This document shows, one piece after another, positions 27,386 to 36,156 of a DNA stretch of 64,000 bases. The DNA comes from Nitrospirota bacterium (lineage in GTDB: Bacteria > Nitrospirota > Leptospirillia > Leptospirillales > Leptospirillaceae), in contig JAYWMN010000059.1 of NCBI GenBank assembly GCA_035873205.1, forward strand, positions 1,726 through 65,725, given 5' to 3'. Position numbers and translations under genes: made by a program. Under the pieces are notes generated by a model that saw only the letters and a program-made list of their open reading frames with translations, searched no databases and had not been told where the DNA came from. Positions within the stretch are counted from its first letter, which is position 1, and each line of letters begins with the position of its first letter.

Positions 27386-30300
27386 TCATTGATCCGAGTC
27401 CTCTTCCACCGCATTGATGAGAGAGGCGATGTCGTCCTCGATCTCTCGCAGCTTGTCAAGCATACCGATGGGGTGGTCAGGAACCAGGGCATCCATTTCT
27501 TTTGCATTTTCGAACAGACTCTTGAAGCTCTCGTATTTTTCGAATTGGCGGGCTTCCCGTTGAATCCAGTCAAGAAGATTGATCCAGGAATGTTGCATCA
27601 TCCTTATTTTTTCATCTGTATCGAGACCCCTTCGAAGAATCTCCTCCATAGCACGGACGTCGACTTGTGCGGCCAGAAGATCGATTCCACGATAAAGAAA
27701 ATGGGAATGGATGGCTTTTTTCCAGAGATCCGGGGGAGTCCAGGTTTTTTTCCAGACCGGAAGCTCCGATGCAGGCATAGGGCGGGCGATCCCGTATCCC
27801 TGCGCGTAATGGCATCCGATTCTTAGCAGATCGACCCCTGTCGAAAGACTCTCCAAGCCTTCGGCAACCACCCTGATTTTTCGAATTGCCGCAGTCAGCA
27901 TTGTTCCGCTCACAATGGCAAAATCGGTTGACCGGGTTGCCATGTTGCGGATGAAGGACTGGTCAATTTTTATTTCGTTCACGGGCAGGTTGCTGAGGTA
28001 GGAAAGGGATCCGAAGCCGGTCCCGAAATCATCAAGGGACACATTGATCCCCCGGCTGGAGAGCTCCCGGATTTTCCGTGCCGAGATGCCAAGATGGGAG
28101 AGTGCGACCGCTTCCGTGATTTCGATCGTGATGCGACGGCTGATTTCCGGATATCTTCTATGAAACGAGTCGACATGAGACAGGAAGTCCGAATGAAGGA
28201 AGTGAAGCGCTCCAATATTGATCGAAAGGCAGTCTTTTTCCATCCCGGGCTTATTGAGCAGACTGTAAGCCTCTTCCAGAACCCACTGCCCAAGAAAGGT
28301 CACCAGGGTGGTGTCCTTTTCTATGACCGGAAGAAAAGAACCCGGAAGCCGGACCTCCCCCGAGGCAGGATCGGTCCATCGGAGAAGGGCTTCGGAACCG
28401 ATATGGCGCCCTGAATTCAGGTCCACCTGCGGTTGCACGTAAAAGCACATCTGATGGTTGTCCAGCCCGAATTTGAACTGTCTACGGATACGAACGGTCC
28501 GGTCAATCCGTTCATTCAGTTCCGGGGTGTAGATTCCCCAGGTGTTCCGGCCGCTGTCCTTCGCCGAATAAAGGGCCTGGTCGGCCTGCTTCAGAAGGTC
28601 GTCGGGGGACTGGACATCTCCGGAAAAAATGGAAAATCCCATGCTTGTCGTCACGAAAAAAGATTCGGTCTCCGACCCGGAGACCCTGACGGGCTCTTTG
28701 AGGATTTCGGAGAGGGCCGTCCAGAAATAGAGAAGATCTGTGGGGTCGACCTTGTTTCTCAGAATCACCCCAAACTCGTCTCCCCCGATGCGGGCCAAAA
28801 TATGTTCGGAGCTGACGATCGTCCGGAAGCGTGCCCCGATTTCCCGAAGGATCTGGTCCCCGGCGACATGGCCAAGCGAGTCATTGATTTCCTTGAAGTT
28901 GTCGATGTCGATGATGCCGACCGCGAAAACATTCCTGTCCATTGTTGCCTCCGTGAATGAGCGGTTCAGGCTTTCACGAAAGGAGGTGCGATTGGGCAGG
29001 GTCGTCAGCTCGTCGAAAAGGCTAAGGTATTCGAGTTGTTTTTTCCGTTTGGAATCTTTGATGGCAAAAGAAATATTTTCGGCCATATTTTCAAAAAGAT
29101 CGGCGATATCCTCTGAAAAAAACCCGGGCTCGGATGACCCGATGACCAGGACTCCGACGACTTCCGAGTCGGATTTGAGCGGAAACCCCGCTCCGGAAAC
29201 GATCGATTGTTCTTTAAGTTTTTCCCGCCATCGAAGGAAGGACGGGTCGGTTGAAAAATTGTCGACCACAAGAGGGCGTGCCATTCTGATTGTCCGGGCA
29301 ACGATCCCGAATCCTTCGGGTTTCCCCATGTCGACCGATTTTGGCAAGGTCTCTCCCATATTCAGGAAGGCCCCGGCGTATGCCGAAAGGTGGATCCGTC
29401 CATCCGGGCAAACTTCGACTATCGCAGCAAAAGCTCCCCCGATATGATCGACAATCATGCTGACAATGCGCTGAAAAAGGGCTCCAGGGTCCGGCCGTTG
29501 GGAGATTTCCTCAGTGATTTTCAATAACGACCGAAGATTTTTCTGAAGTTTCTCGATGTGTCTGGAGAGGTCGTAGGTCGAAAGGGAAAACTCCATATCT
29601 TCCGCCAGGCGGGAGAGAAGGGCGATGACCGGAGGAGAAAAGTAGCGGGGGTCGCGGGAATAAACCCCCATCAGTCCTTCGGTGTGCCCGGATCGCTTGA
29701 ACGGGAAGCTTGCGCTTGAATGCAGATTGAACTGGAGAGCCCGGCTCCTCCATGGAGCAAAGGCTGGATCGGTGTCGATTTCGGTGATAATCACCTGGCC
29801 TTCCCGGAGGGCTTTTCCCGCTGGCCCTTTTCCCAGAGGATTGGCCGGATCTGTCGAAAGGGAAAGGGAATCGACGTAGTGTTTTGCCGGGCCGAAGGCA
29901 TTCTTGATATGGACTTCTCCGGTCTCCTTGTCGATCAGGGCGATCCAGGCAAGTTCGAGAGAGCCATAGAGGACAGCGATCCGGCACACTTCGTGATAAA
30001 GGGAATCGGGATTGGGATGACGGGCAATCAAGTGGTTGATTTCGTGGAGAGCCGAATAAAAACCCATAAGATTTCCGTAACGGGTCTCCGATTCCCGTGC
30101 AGAAATTGAGGATGCAAGCCAAAAAAGGCCTTTTTCGACTCTGGCAACGAAGGCATCTTCCCTGACCACCGGGCACTTTCGAAGCAACGTGATCGATCCG
30201 ATCTTTGCACTGGGATCCGCAATGGAAAAAAAAGGGAATATACCAATCCAGGCGAGATTTTCCTTGTCGAGATAATCGGCAACCAGCGGAAATTCCGAAA

Positions 30301-30601
30301 GTTTCGGGGAGTCTTTGGAGAGAATGACCGGATGGTATTGAATCTTTCGGATGATCCCCTGCAGGGAAGAGCGCTGGGAGGGGGTACCGTACGGAAACCC
30401 TTTTGACAGGGCGGTCCAGGATCTTTCCTCCTGGTTCCGTCGTTTGATCGATACGCGGACGAAGTCAAAGCTTTGGCCGCTGGAAAGTTCTTTGGAAAGA
30501 ACAATGGCCAGGGATTTGGCGTCGGTATTCGTATCGATGGCCCGGACGGCCGTCAGGAAAAGTGTTTCGATATCGGATGGTGAATATCGGGATGAAGGCA
30601 T
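27386..30601 (-). CDS. multidomain c-di-GMP signalling protein (GAF repeats - GGDEF - EAL - C-terminal helical extension)
   Basis: 1071 aa. The GGDEF domain has FAVGIIDIDNFKEINDSLGHVAGDQIL and ARIGGDEFGVIL. The EAL domain has GSEALLRW, DDFGTGFGSLSYL and EIKIDQSFI. The N-terminal roughly 550 aa has GAF-like repeats. Confidence 0.9.
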   Translation of the reverse strand: MPSSRYSPSDIETLFLTAVRAIDTNTDAKSLAIVLSKELSSGQSFDFVRVSIKRRNQEERSWTALSKGFPYGTPSQRSSLQGIIRKIQYHPVILSKDSPKLSEFPLVADYLDKENLAWIGIFPFFSIADPSAKIGSITLLRKCPVVREDAFVARVEKGLFWLASSISARESETRYGNLMGFYSALHEINHLIARHPNPDSLYHEVCRIAVLYGSLELAWIALIDKETGEVHIKNAFGPAKHYVDSLSLSTDPANPLGKGPAGKALREGQVIITEIDTDPAFAPWRSRALQFNLHSSASFPFKRSGHTEGLMGVYSRDPRYFSPPVIALLSRLAEDMEFSLSTYDLSRHIEKLQKNLRSLLKITEEISQRPDPGALFQRIVSMIVDHIGGAFAAIVEVCPDGRIHLSAYAGAFLNMGETLPKSVDMGKPEGFGIVARTIRMARPLVVDNFSTDPSFLRWREKLKEQSIVSGAGFPLKSDSEVVGVLVIGSSEPGFFSEDIADLFENMAENISFAIKDSKRKKQLEYLSLFDELTTLPNRTSFRESLNRSFTEATMDRNVFAVGIIDIDNFKEINDSLGHVAGDQILREIGARFRTIVSSEHILARIGGDEFGVILRNKVDPTDLLYFWTALSEILKEPVRVSGSETESFFVTTSMGFSIFSGDVQSPDDLLKQADQALYSAKDSGRNTWGIYTPELNERIDRTVRIRRQFKFGLDNHQMCFYVQPQVDLNSGRHIGSEALLRWTDPASGEVRLPGSFLPVIEKDTTLVTFLGQWVLEEAYSLLNKPGMEKDCLSINIGALHFLHSDFLSHVDSFHRRYPEISRRITIEITEAVALSHLGISARKIRELSSRGINVSLDDFGTGFGSLSYLSNLPVNEIKIDQSFIRNMATRSTDFAIVSGTMLTAAIRKIRVVAEGLESLSTGVDLLRIGCHYAQGYGIARPMPASELPVWKKTWTPPDLWKKAIHSHFLYRGIDLLAAQVDVRAMEEILRRGLDTDEKIRMMQHSWINLLDWIQREARQFEKYESFKSLFENAKEMDALVPDHPIGMLDKLREIEDDIASLINAVEEDSDQ

Positions 30602-30768
30602 TTATCAACCCTCAATGTCTACGAGTGATAGAAGACTTCCAGCCCTTGATGTCTTTAAGCTCCGGAAATAGTTAATTCTAGCATGCGAGCGGATAATTAC
30701 CAAGTGAGTGCGCCTTTGTCAAAACAATTGTCAATCCATTACGATTCTGCAGGAAGCTGTCACTTTTC

Positions 30769-30797
30769 TTGACACATGGCTCGCAGATTGTTACTAT
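30769..30797 (+). promoter_or_regulatory. near-consensus sigma70-type promoter (P1)
   Basis: TTGACA at 30769-30774, a 17-nt spacer, then TACTAT at 30792-30797. The next plus-strand CDS starts at 31065. Confidence 0.5.
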
Positions 30798-30980
30798 TCC
30801 TCAAAACCACGGTGGATCATGTGATTCCTCTTGGATCACAAGGTTTGGCTGTGTGTCATGTTTATCTTTTCGGTCCTTCAGGGACTTCTGAACGGGACTC
30901 TTTAATCAGGGGCTCGATTCTGGACCTCTCGAAGGAAGGAGAGAGAATTCTTTCCTGAAACGCGGACCTCATGGGGTATC

Positions 30981-31009
30981 TTTCCAGGGGGCGTGTTCGC
31001 TGGTAAAAT
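30981..31009 (+). promoter_or_regulatory. candidate proximal sigma70-type promoter (P2)
   Basis: TTTCCA at 30981-30986, a 17-nt spacer, then TAAAAT at 31004-31009, about 55 nt upstream of the ATG at 31065. Confidence 0.35.
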
Positions 31010-31064
31010 GCCAGATTTTTCCAGCGGTTAATTCATGTCTCGGCAAAAGGAGGTGAGTGCAACA

Positions 31065-31430
31065 ATGAAATCATCAAAATCCAAAGTTGTGGCTTCAGTC
31101 AGCGCCATTGTTTCCGGCATAGTCATGTCTGCTGCAATTATTCTTCTTCCTGTTCAGGGAGCGGTTGCTGACAATGCAGCTCCTAAGGCTGCTGCCAAAG
31201 CTCCAGCTAAAGCTCCAGCCAAGAAAGCTATGAAGGCTGCCAAGAAACATGCTCCTTCGGCTTTTTGGATGAAGGTTCAGAAGGCTCTCGTTGCAAAGGG
31301 AGCCAAGATCAAGGCCGATGGTTATCCTGGTCCGGCAACACACAAGGCCGTTGCCGCTTTCCAGAAAGCCAACAAGCTGAAAGCAACCGGCAAGCTCGAC
31401 AAGGCGACCAAAAAAGCTCTGGGCGTCTAA
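31065..31430 (+). CDS. membrane-anchored peptidoglycan-binding (PG_binding_1) protein with an Ala/Lys/Pro repeat
   Basis: The start at 31065 has AAGGAGG upstream. It has an N-terminal hydrophobic anchor VASVSAIVSGIVMSAAIILLPV, the repeat AAKAPAKAPAKKAMKAAKK, and a C-terminal DGYPGPATHKAVAAFQKANKLKATGKLDKATKKALG that matches the PG_binding_1 pattern. Confidence 0.75.
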   Translation: MKSSKSKVVASVSAIVSGIVMSAAIILLPVQGAVADNAAPKAAAKAPAKAPAKKAMKAAKKHAPSAFWMKVQKALVAKGAKIKADGYPGPATHKAVAAFQKANKLKATGKLDKATKKALGV

Positions 31431-31462
31431 ATCCTGCTTGTTATTGATGTTCGAATAAAAAA

Positions 31463-31491
31463 GGGGGAGCCTGTGCTCCTCCTTTTTTTTT
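31463..31491 (+). terminator. rho-independent terminator
   Basis: Stem GGGGGAGC (31463-31470), loop CTGT, stem GCTCCTCC (one G-U pair), followed by a T run at 31483-31491. It lies 33 nt after the stop of the PG-binding protein gene. Confidence 0.8.
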
Positions 31492-31500
31492 GAGGAGAGT

Positions 31501-32073
31501 ATGATACGGATCCAGTCGGGCATATTAAAGGGAAGGAACTTGCCCCACCCCGATCCCAAAGAGGCGCGCCCAACGACACAAAAAGTTCGCTCGGCCATAT
31601 TCAACATCCTTCAGAAGGATTTGAGCGGAGCGTTCGTGTGGGACCTTTTCGCCGGTTCCGGAGCGGTCGGTCTCGAAGCCTATTCAAGAGGGGCCTCACA
31701 GGTCCTGTTTCTGGACAGGAATCCCTTGCTGATGACCGGACTGTCGCAATGGATTTCCAGGCAGATTCCTGACCATCGGGACGCGTTCTCCTTTTTTTCG
31801 GAAGATGTGCTCCGGTTTTTGGTAAGAGTGAAGCCAAAGAAACCGCCCTCCATTATTTTTATGGATCCCCCTTACCACTATCCTGATTGGTCAAGGCTCT
31901 TGAACGCTCTCTGTGACGGTGATATAGTGGACTCTAATTCCCTAATGGTTCTTGAATACCATCGCAAAGATTCCCTTCCGTGGGAATCCCTATTGGATCG
32001 GGGTTACCAAGTTTTATCTCATCATACTTATGGGGAAAGTGGCGTGAGCCTCCTCGTTCCTGCAGCCCGATGA
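31501..32073 (+). CDS. rsmD: 16S rRNA (guanine966-N2)-methyltransferase
   Basis: RPTTQKVRSAIFNIL, the SAM motif DLFAGSGAVGLEAYSRGA and the catalytic MDPPYHY (DPPY). Confidence 0.88.
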   Translation: MIRIQSGILKGRNLPHPDPKEARPTTQKVRSAIFNILQKDLSGAFVWDLFAGSGAVGLEAYSRGASQVLFLDRNPLLMTGLSQWISRQIPDHRDAFSFFSEDVLRFLVRVKPKKPPSIIFMDPPYHYPDWSRLLNALCDGDIVDSNSLMVLEYHRKDSLPWESLLDRGYQVLSHHTYGESGVSLLVPAAR

Positions 32074-32564
32074 TACGCAGAGCGGTTTATCCGGGTACCT
32101 TCGATCCGGTGACAAACGGTCATCTCGACATGCTTCATCGCGGGTTGGCCATATTTGACGAAATCATCGTCGGAGTGGCCGACAGCCCCAGAAAGTCTCC
32201 CCTTTTTTCCCTCGACGAGCGCATCTCCCTGCTTCGTGCCGTCATCCCTTATCCTTCACCCCAGGTCATCGTCAAGGGCTTCGGTAACCTTCTTGTCCAT
32301 TTCGTTCAGGAAGAGAAGGCGGTATGTATTCTTCGGGGAGTAAGAGCCGTCTCCGATTTCGACTATGAGCTCCGGATGGCCCTGATCAACCAGAACCTTG
32401 ACAGGGATATCGAAACAGTCTTCCTCATGCCTTCCGAAAACTATATGTTCATCACTTCCACCATGATCAGAGAAATTGCCGAACTCGGCGGTGATCTGTC
32501 CCTATTCGTTCCCACGGCCGTCGAACAGGCATTGAAGGAAAAATATTCCCGGAGACATAGATAA
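32070..32564 (+). CDS. coaD: phosphopantetheine adenylyltransferase
   Basis: MIRRAVYPGTFDPVTNGHLDM (the T/HxGH nucleotidyltransferase motif) and ISSTMIRE-like TSTMIREI. The ATGA overlap with rsmD sets the start at 32070. Confidence 0.92.
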   Translation: MIRRAVYPGTFDPVTNGHLDMLHRGLAIFDEIIVGVADSPRKSPLFSLDERISLLRAVIPYPSPQVIVKGFGNLLVHFVQEEKAVCILRGVRAVSDFDYELRMALINQNLDRDIETVFLMPSENYMFITSTMIREIAELGGDLSLFVPTAVEQALKEKYSRRHR

Positions 32565-33775
32565 TGAATCGACCGCTTCAGGATTTTCTGGCGTCCCGAC
32601 TCTCTCTTCTCAAACCCTCCCCCACCTTGTTATTGGCGGCCAGGGCGAGGGAGTTGAAGCAGCAGGGTATCGATGTACTGGATTTTTCTGGAGGAGAGCC
32701 CGACTTTGATACACCGGAGCCGGTCAAAACCGCTGCAATCAAGGCGATTGAGGAAGGCTTTACCAAATATACCGCTGTCGGAGGAATCCCTGAACTCAAG
32801 GAGGCAATCCGGGAAAAGTTCTTGCGAGACCAGAAGATCGACTATCACCCCCGGGAAATCGTCGTTTCAAACGGAGCGAAGCATTCCCTCTACCAGCTCT
32901 TTCAGGTTCTCGTCAATCCGGGGGATCAGGTCCTTCTTCCAACCCCTGCCTGGGTGTCCTATCCGGACCAGATCCTCCTCAATCAGGGGGAACCCGTTTT
33001 CGTTCCTTGCCGGGAAGAAGACGGGTTCAGACTGGATCCTGACTCGCTCGAACAGGTTTTGACCCCCAGATCGAAGATCCTGGTCCTCAATTCTCCCAAC
33101 AATCCGACCGGCGCCATCATTGACCAGAAGAAGCTCGAGAAGATTGCTGAAATTGTCCTTCGGCACAATCTTCTTGTCATCTCCGACGAAATCTATGAAA
33201 AAATCAACTATACGAAGGACCCTGTTCCCTCCATCGCGTCCATTGACCCCGCCATTCGCGCCCGCACCATCATTGTGAACGGCGTCTCGAAGACCTATGC
33301 CATGACCGGATGGCGAATCGGATATGCCGCAGGGCCACGAGAAATCATGGAGGCTCTCGATACGGTCCAGAGCCAGACCGCGTCCAATCCGAACTCCATC
33401 GCCCAGAAAGCGGCCTCTTTTGCGATTCGCTCCGGGGAACAGTATTTTTCTTCGATGCTTGTTGAATACAGAAAGCGAAGGGACTGGGTGGTTTCCTCCT
33501 TTCTCCAGGTTCCGGGAATCACCTGCCTCTATCCGGACGGTGCCTTCTATGTGTTCCCGAATATTTCAGCCCTTCTGGGAAAATCCTACAAGGATGTTCC
33601 CATCCAGACCGCCTACGAGCTGGCCGAATTTTTCCTGGATGTCGCGCGTGTCGCCATGGTTCCGGGAACGCCGTTCGGAAGCCCGTTGCATATGCGGATG
33701 TCTTACGCCGCCTCCCTGTCTTCACTGCAGGCTGGCATTAAAAGAATATCCGATGCCGTTTCCTTGCTGGAATGA
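32564..33775 (+). CDS. PLP-dependent aspartate aminotransferase (class I)
   Basis: 403 aa with SNGAKHSL, NSPNNPTG and the PLP-lysine motif GVSKTYAMTGWRIGY. Confidence 0.88.
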   Translation: MNRPLQDFLASRLSLLKPSPTLLLAARARELKQQGIDVLDFSGGEPDFDTPEPVKTAAIKAIEEGFTKYTAVGGIPELKEAIREKFLRDQKIDYHPREIVVSNGAKHSLYQLFQVLVNPGDQVLLPTPAWVSYPDQILLNQGEPVFVPCREEDGFRLDPDSLEQVLTPRSKILVLNSPNNPTGAIIDQKKLEKIAEIVLRHNLLVISDEIYEKINYTKDPVPSIASIDPAIRARTIIVNGVSKTYAMTGWRIGYAAGPREIMEALDTVQSQTASNPNSIAQKAASFAIRSGEQYFSSMLVEYRKRRDWVVSSFLQVPGITCLYPDGAFYVFPNISALLGKSYKDVPIQTAYELAEFFLDVARVAMVPGTPFGSPLHMRMSYAASLSSLQAGIKRISDAVSLLE

Positions 33776-33800
33776 GGGCCGGAAAGAGCGAAGTTCCGCG

Positions 33801-33830
33801 TTGTTCAACGTTAAGGTTCTGGGATATAAT
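33801..33830 (+). promoter_or_regulatory. candidate sigma70-type promoter for the zinc-ribbon gene
   Basis: TTGTTC at 33801-33806, an 18-nt spacer, then a perfect TATAAT at 33825-33830, 58 nt upstream of the ATG at 33889. Confidence 0.45.
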
Positions 33831-33888
33831 GAAAAAAGGATGAATTTCGGATATTTCTTTAATCACGAGCCGATCAAGGAGTGGTGAA

Positions 33889-34197
33889 ATGCCTCTTTAC
33901 GAATACTCTTGCGAGAAATGTCACACGGTCGTTGAAAAGATACAGAAATTCTCGGACCCGCCCCTTCTCGTCTGCGAACAATGCGGGGGAGCCTTGGTCA
34001 AGCTGATGGGGAAACCCGCCCTTCAGTTCAAGGGATCAGGCTTCTATATTACGGACTACGTCAAGAAAACCGGAGAGGAAAGTTCCAACAAAAAAGAACC
34101 CAAACCAGAAACCGCATCAACGGAGTCCTCATCGACATCCTCTCCCGCTCCTGCGGCACCGGCGCCAGCGGCTCCCGCTCCGGCAGCCTCCGAGTAG
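33889..34197 (+). CDS. FmdB-family zinc-ribbon protein with a low-complexity Pro/Ala tail
   Basis: MPLYEYSCEKCHTVVEKIQKFSDPPLLVCEQCGG (CxxC...CxxC, the FmdB/CxxC_CxxC_SSSS pattern). The tail is SSPAPAAPAPAAPAPAA. Confidence 0.85.
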   Translation: MPLYEYSCEKCHTVVEKIQKFSDPPLLVCEQCGGALVKLMGKPALQFKGSGFYITDYVKKTGEESSNKKEPKPETASTESSSTSSPAPAAPAPAAPAPAASE

Positions 34198-34212
34198 ACC
34201 TGGAAAATCCCG

Positions 34213-34917
34213 TCAGGGAACAATTCCAGGAGTCCCGGTTTCACGCCGTATCTGTCCATCATCCATGGCAAGAATATGAGTGGCCATTCTGGCCAAAGCT
34301 TCATTATGGGTGGCGACAAGGCATGTGGTGCCTTCCCTGAGGGAGAGATTCCGGAGGAGGGAAAATATTTCAAGGCTTGTATGCGAATCAAGATTGCCCG
34401 TCGGCTCGTCGGCGAGCAGAAGCGACGGGCTCATCATCAGGGCTCTCGCAACGGCGACTCGTTGCTGTTCTCCTCCGGATAACTCTGAAGGTTTGTGATC
34501 CGTCCTATTTTCAAGTCCCACTTCGCCAAGAAGATCTCTCCCGCGTTTTTCCGCATCGAATGTTCCCAGTCCTGATATCCAGGCCGGCATCATCACATTT
34601 TCCAGAGCGCTGAACTCCGGCAGGAGATGGTGGAACTGAAAAATGAATCCGATATGGGTGTTTCGGAATTTGGCAAGTTCCCGGTCCGGGGCCTGTTGGT
34701 AGGATTTTCCGTCGTAGAGGATCGTTCCGGCCGTGGGTCGGTCCAGGGTTCCAAGGAGGTGAAGCAAGGTCGATTTCCCCGCCCCGGAAGGTCCGGTCAG
34801 AACGGTAAAGGATCCTCCCGTCAGAACCATGTTCAGGTTGTTCAGGACGGTAATGGTGCGCTCGGAGCGGACATAGGAACGGCAAAGAGCGGAGACTTCG
34901 ACCGTCAGCCCGGCCAT
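34213..34917 (-). CDS. lolD: lipoprotein-releasing ABC transporter ATP-binding protein
   Basis: Walker A GPSGAGKST, signature LSGGEQQRVAVARAL, Walker B LLLADEPTGNLD, H-loop VATHN. It lies immediately downstream of a LolC/E-type permease gene. Confidence 0.88.
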   Translation of the reverse strand: MAGLTVEVSALCRSYVRSERTITVLNNLNMVLTGGSFTVLTGPSGAGKSTLLHLLGTLDRPTAGTILYDGKSYQQAPDRELAKFRNTHIGFIFQFHHLLPEFSALENVMMPAWISGLGTFDAEKRGRDLLGEVGLENRTDHKPSELSGGEQQRVAVARALMMSPSLLLADEPTGNLDSHTSLEIFSLLRNLSLREGTTCLVATHNEALARMATHILAMDDGQIRRETGTPGIVP

Positions 34918-36156
34918 CTATTCGTACCTCAGGGCATCGACCGGCTCAAGCCGGGCTGCTTGCCGGGAAGGGTAGATGGTGGCAAGAAAACTGATCCCGA
35001 CCGCAGAGAAAGCCACCGTGAAAACATCTTCTGCGCGGATAATGACTGGAATATGGCTGACAAAATAGACATCGTTCGGCAAGGTGTAGTAGTGCTCGAG
35101 CAGGTAGGTGATAAAGTACCCGAGGGGTATCCCTATGGCCGTGCCGGTCAATCCGATAAGAAGTCCGTCGAGAATGAATACGAGCATGATCTGCCGATGA
35201 GTCGCCCCCATTGTTTTCAGAATGGCGATTTCCTTGGCCTTGTCGATGACGATCATTGACAGGGTACTCACGATGTTGAAGGAGGCGACAAGAACGATCA
35301 GGACGAGAATGACATACATGACCAATTTTTCCAGCATGAGCGCGGAGAAAAGGTTCTTGTTCATTTCGAGCCATGATCGGGCCCAATAGGGGAAGCCAAG
35401 GCTGTGACTGATACGATGGGCCATCTTGGTGGCCATGAATATGTCGTGAACCCGGATTTCAAGTCCGGTCACCGTACCCTCCGGCATCCCCAAAAATTTC
35501 GCCGCCTGAACGATGTCCACCAAAGCCAGGGTATTGTCGTACTCATAAAGACCGGATTTGAAGACCCCCACAACCTTGAAATGACGTATTTTCGGAATCA
35601 TGCCGAATGCCGAAGGGGTTCCGTTCGGGCTGATCAGGTCGACAGAATCTCCTAGATCGACATTCAGCCTGTCGGCAAGGTCCGATCCGAGAATGATCCC
35701 CGGGGGATCCGTGTCCTTGGTCCCGCGCAGGGAGGAGAGGTGCCCTTCGACCATATACTGGGAAATGCGGGTAACTTCGCGTTCTTTTCCCGGGTCGATG
35801 CCGCGCAAAACCGTTCCCGAGACGGTCTTGTTGGCTGACACCATCGCCTGTCCGAAAATGAACGGAGCGATGGCGACAACATCGGGATCGGCCGAGACCT
35901 TCTGGATGATTTGTTCCGGGTGGGAGATGGGAGTGGAGCGGCCATCGGTCAGAACAATATGGGAATTGACCCCTAGAATTTTCGACCGGAGTTTATGCTG
36001 GAAGCCGGTCATGACTCCGAGTGTGGCCATGAGGGCAGCCACCCCGACGGTGACCCCCGACACAGAAATGACGGTGTTCAAGGACAGCCTGAATTTCTGG
36101 TGCTTCGCGGAACGGAGATAGCGAAGGGCAACCTTCAGTTCGAAAAAATGCATCAT
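34918..36156 (-). CDS. lipoprotein-releasing system permease (LolC/LolE family, FtsX-like)
   Basis: 412 aa starting ...LKVALRYLRSAKHQKF. It has a large periplasmic loop (MacB-PCD-like) and an FtsX C-terminal 3-TM domain ending LEPVDALRYE. Confidence 0.88.
   Translation of the reverse strand: MMHFFELKVALRYLRSAKHQKFRLSLNTVISVSGVTVGVAALMATLGVMTGFQHKLRSKILGVNSHIVLTDGRSTPISHPEQIIQKVSADPDVVAIAPFIFGQAMVSANKTVSGTVLRGIDPGKEREVTRISQYMVEGHLSSLRGTKDTDPPGIILGSDLADRLNVDLGDSVDLISPNGTPSAFGMIPKIRHFKVVGVFKSGLYEYDNTLALVDIVQAAKFLGMPEGTVTGLEIRVHDIFMATKMAHRISHSLGFPYWARSWLEMNKNLFSALMLEKLVMYVILVLIVLVASFNIVSTLSMIVIDKAKEIAILKTMGATHRQIMLVFILDGLLIGLTGTAIGIPLGYFITYLLEHYYTLPNDVYFVSHIPVIIRAEDVFTVAFSAVGISFLATIYPSRQAARLEPVDALRYE

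Noticed and set aside
30776-30958. 60-aa plus-strand ORF in the leader upstream of the PG-binding protein gene
   Set aside because: Its start codon lies inside the spacer of the predicted P1 promoter, so it would not be on the transcript. It has no RBS.
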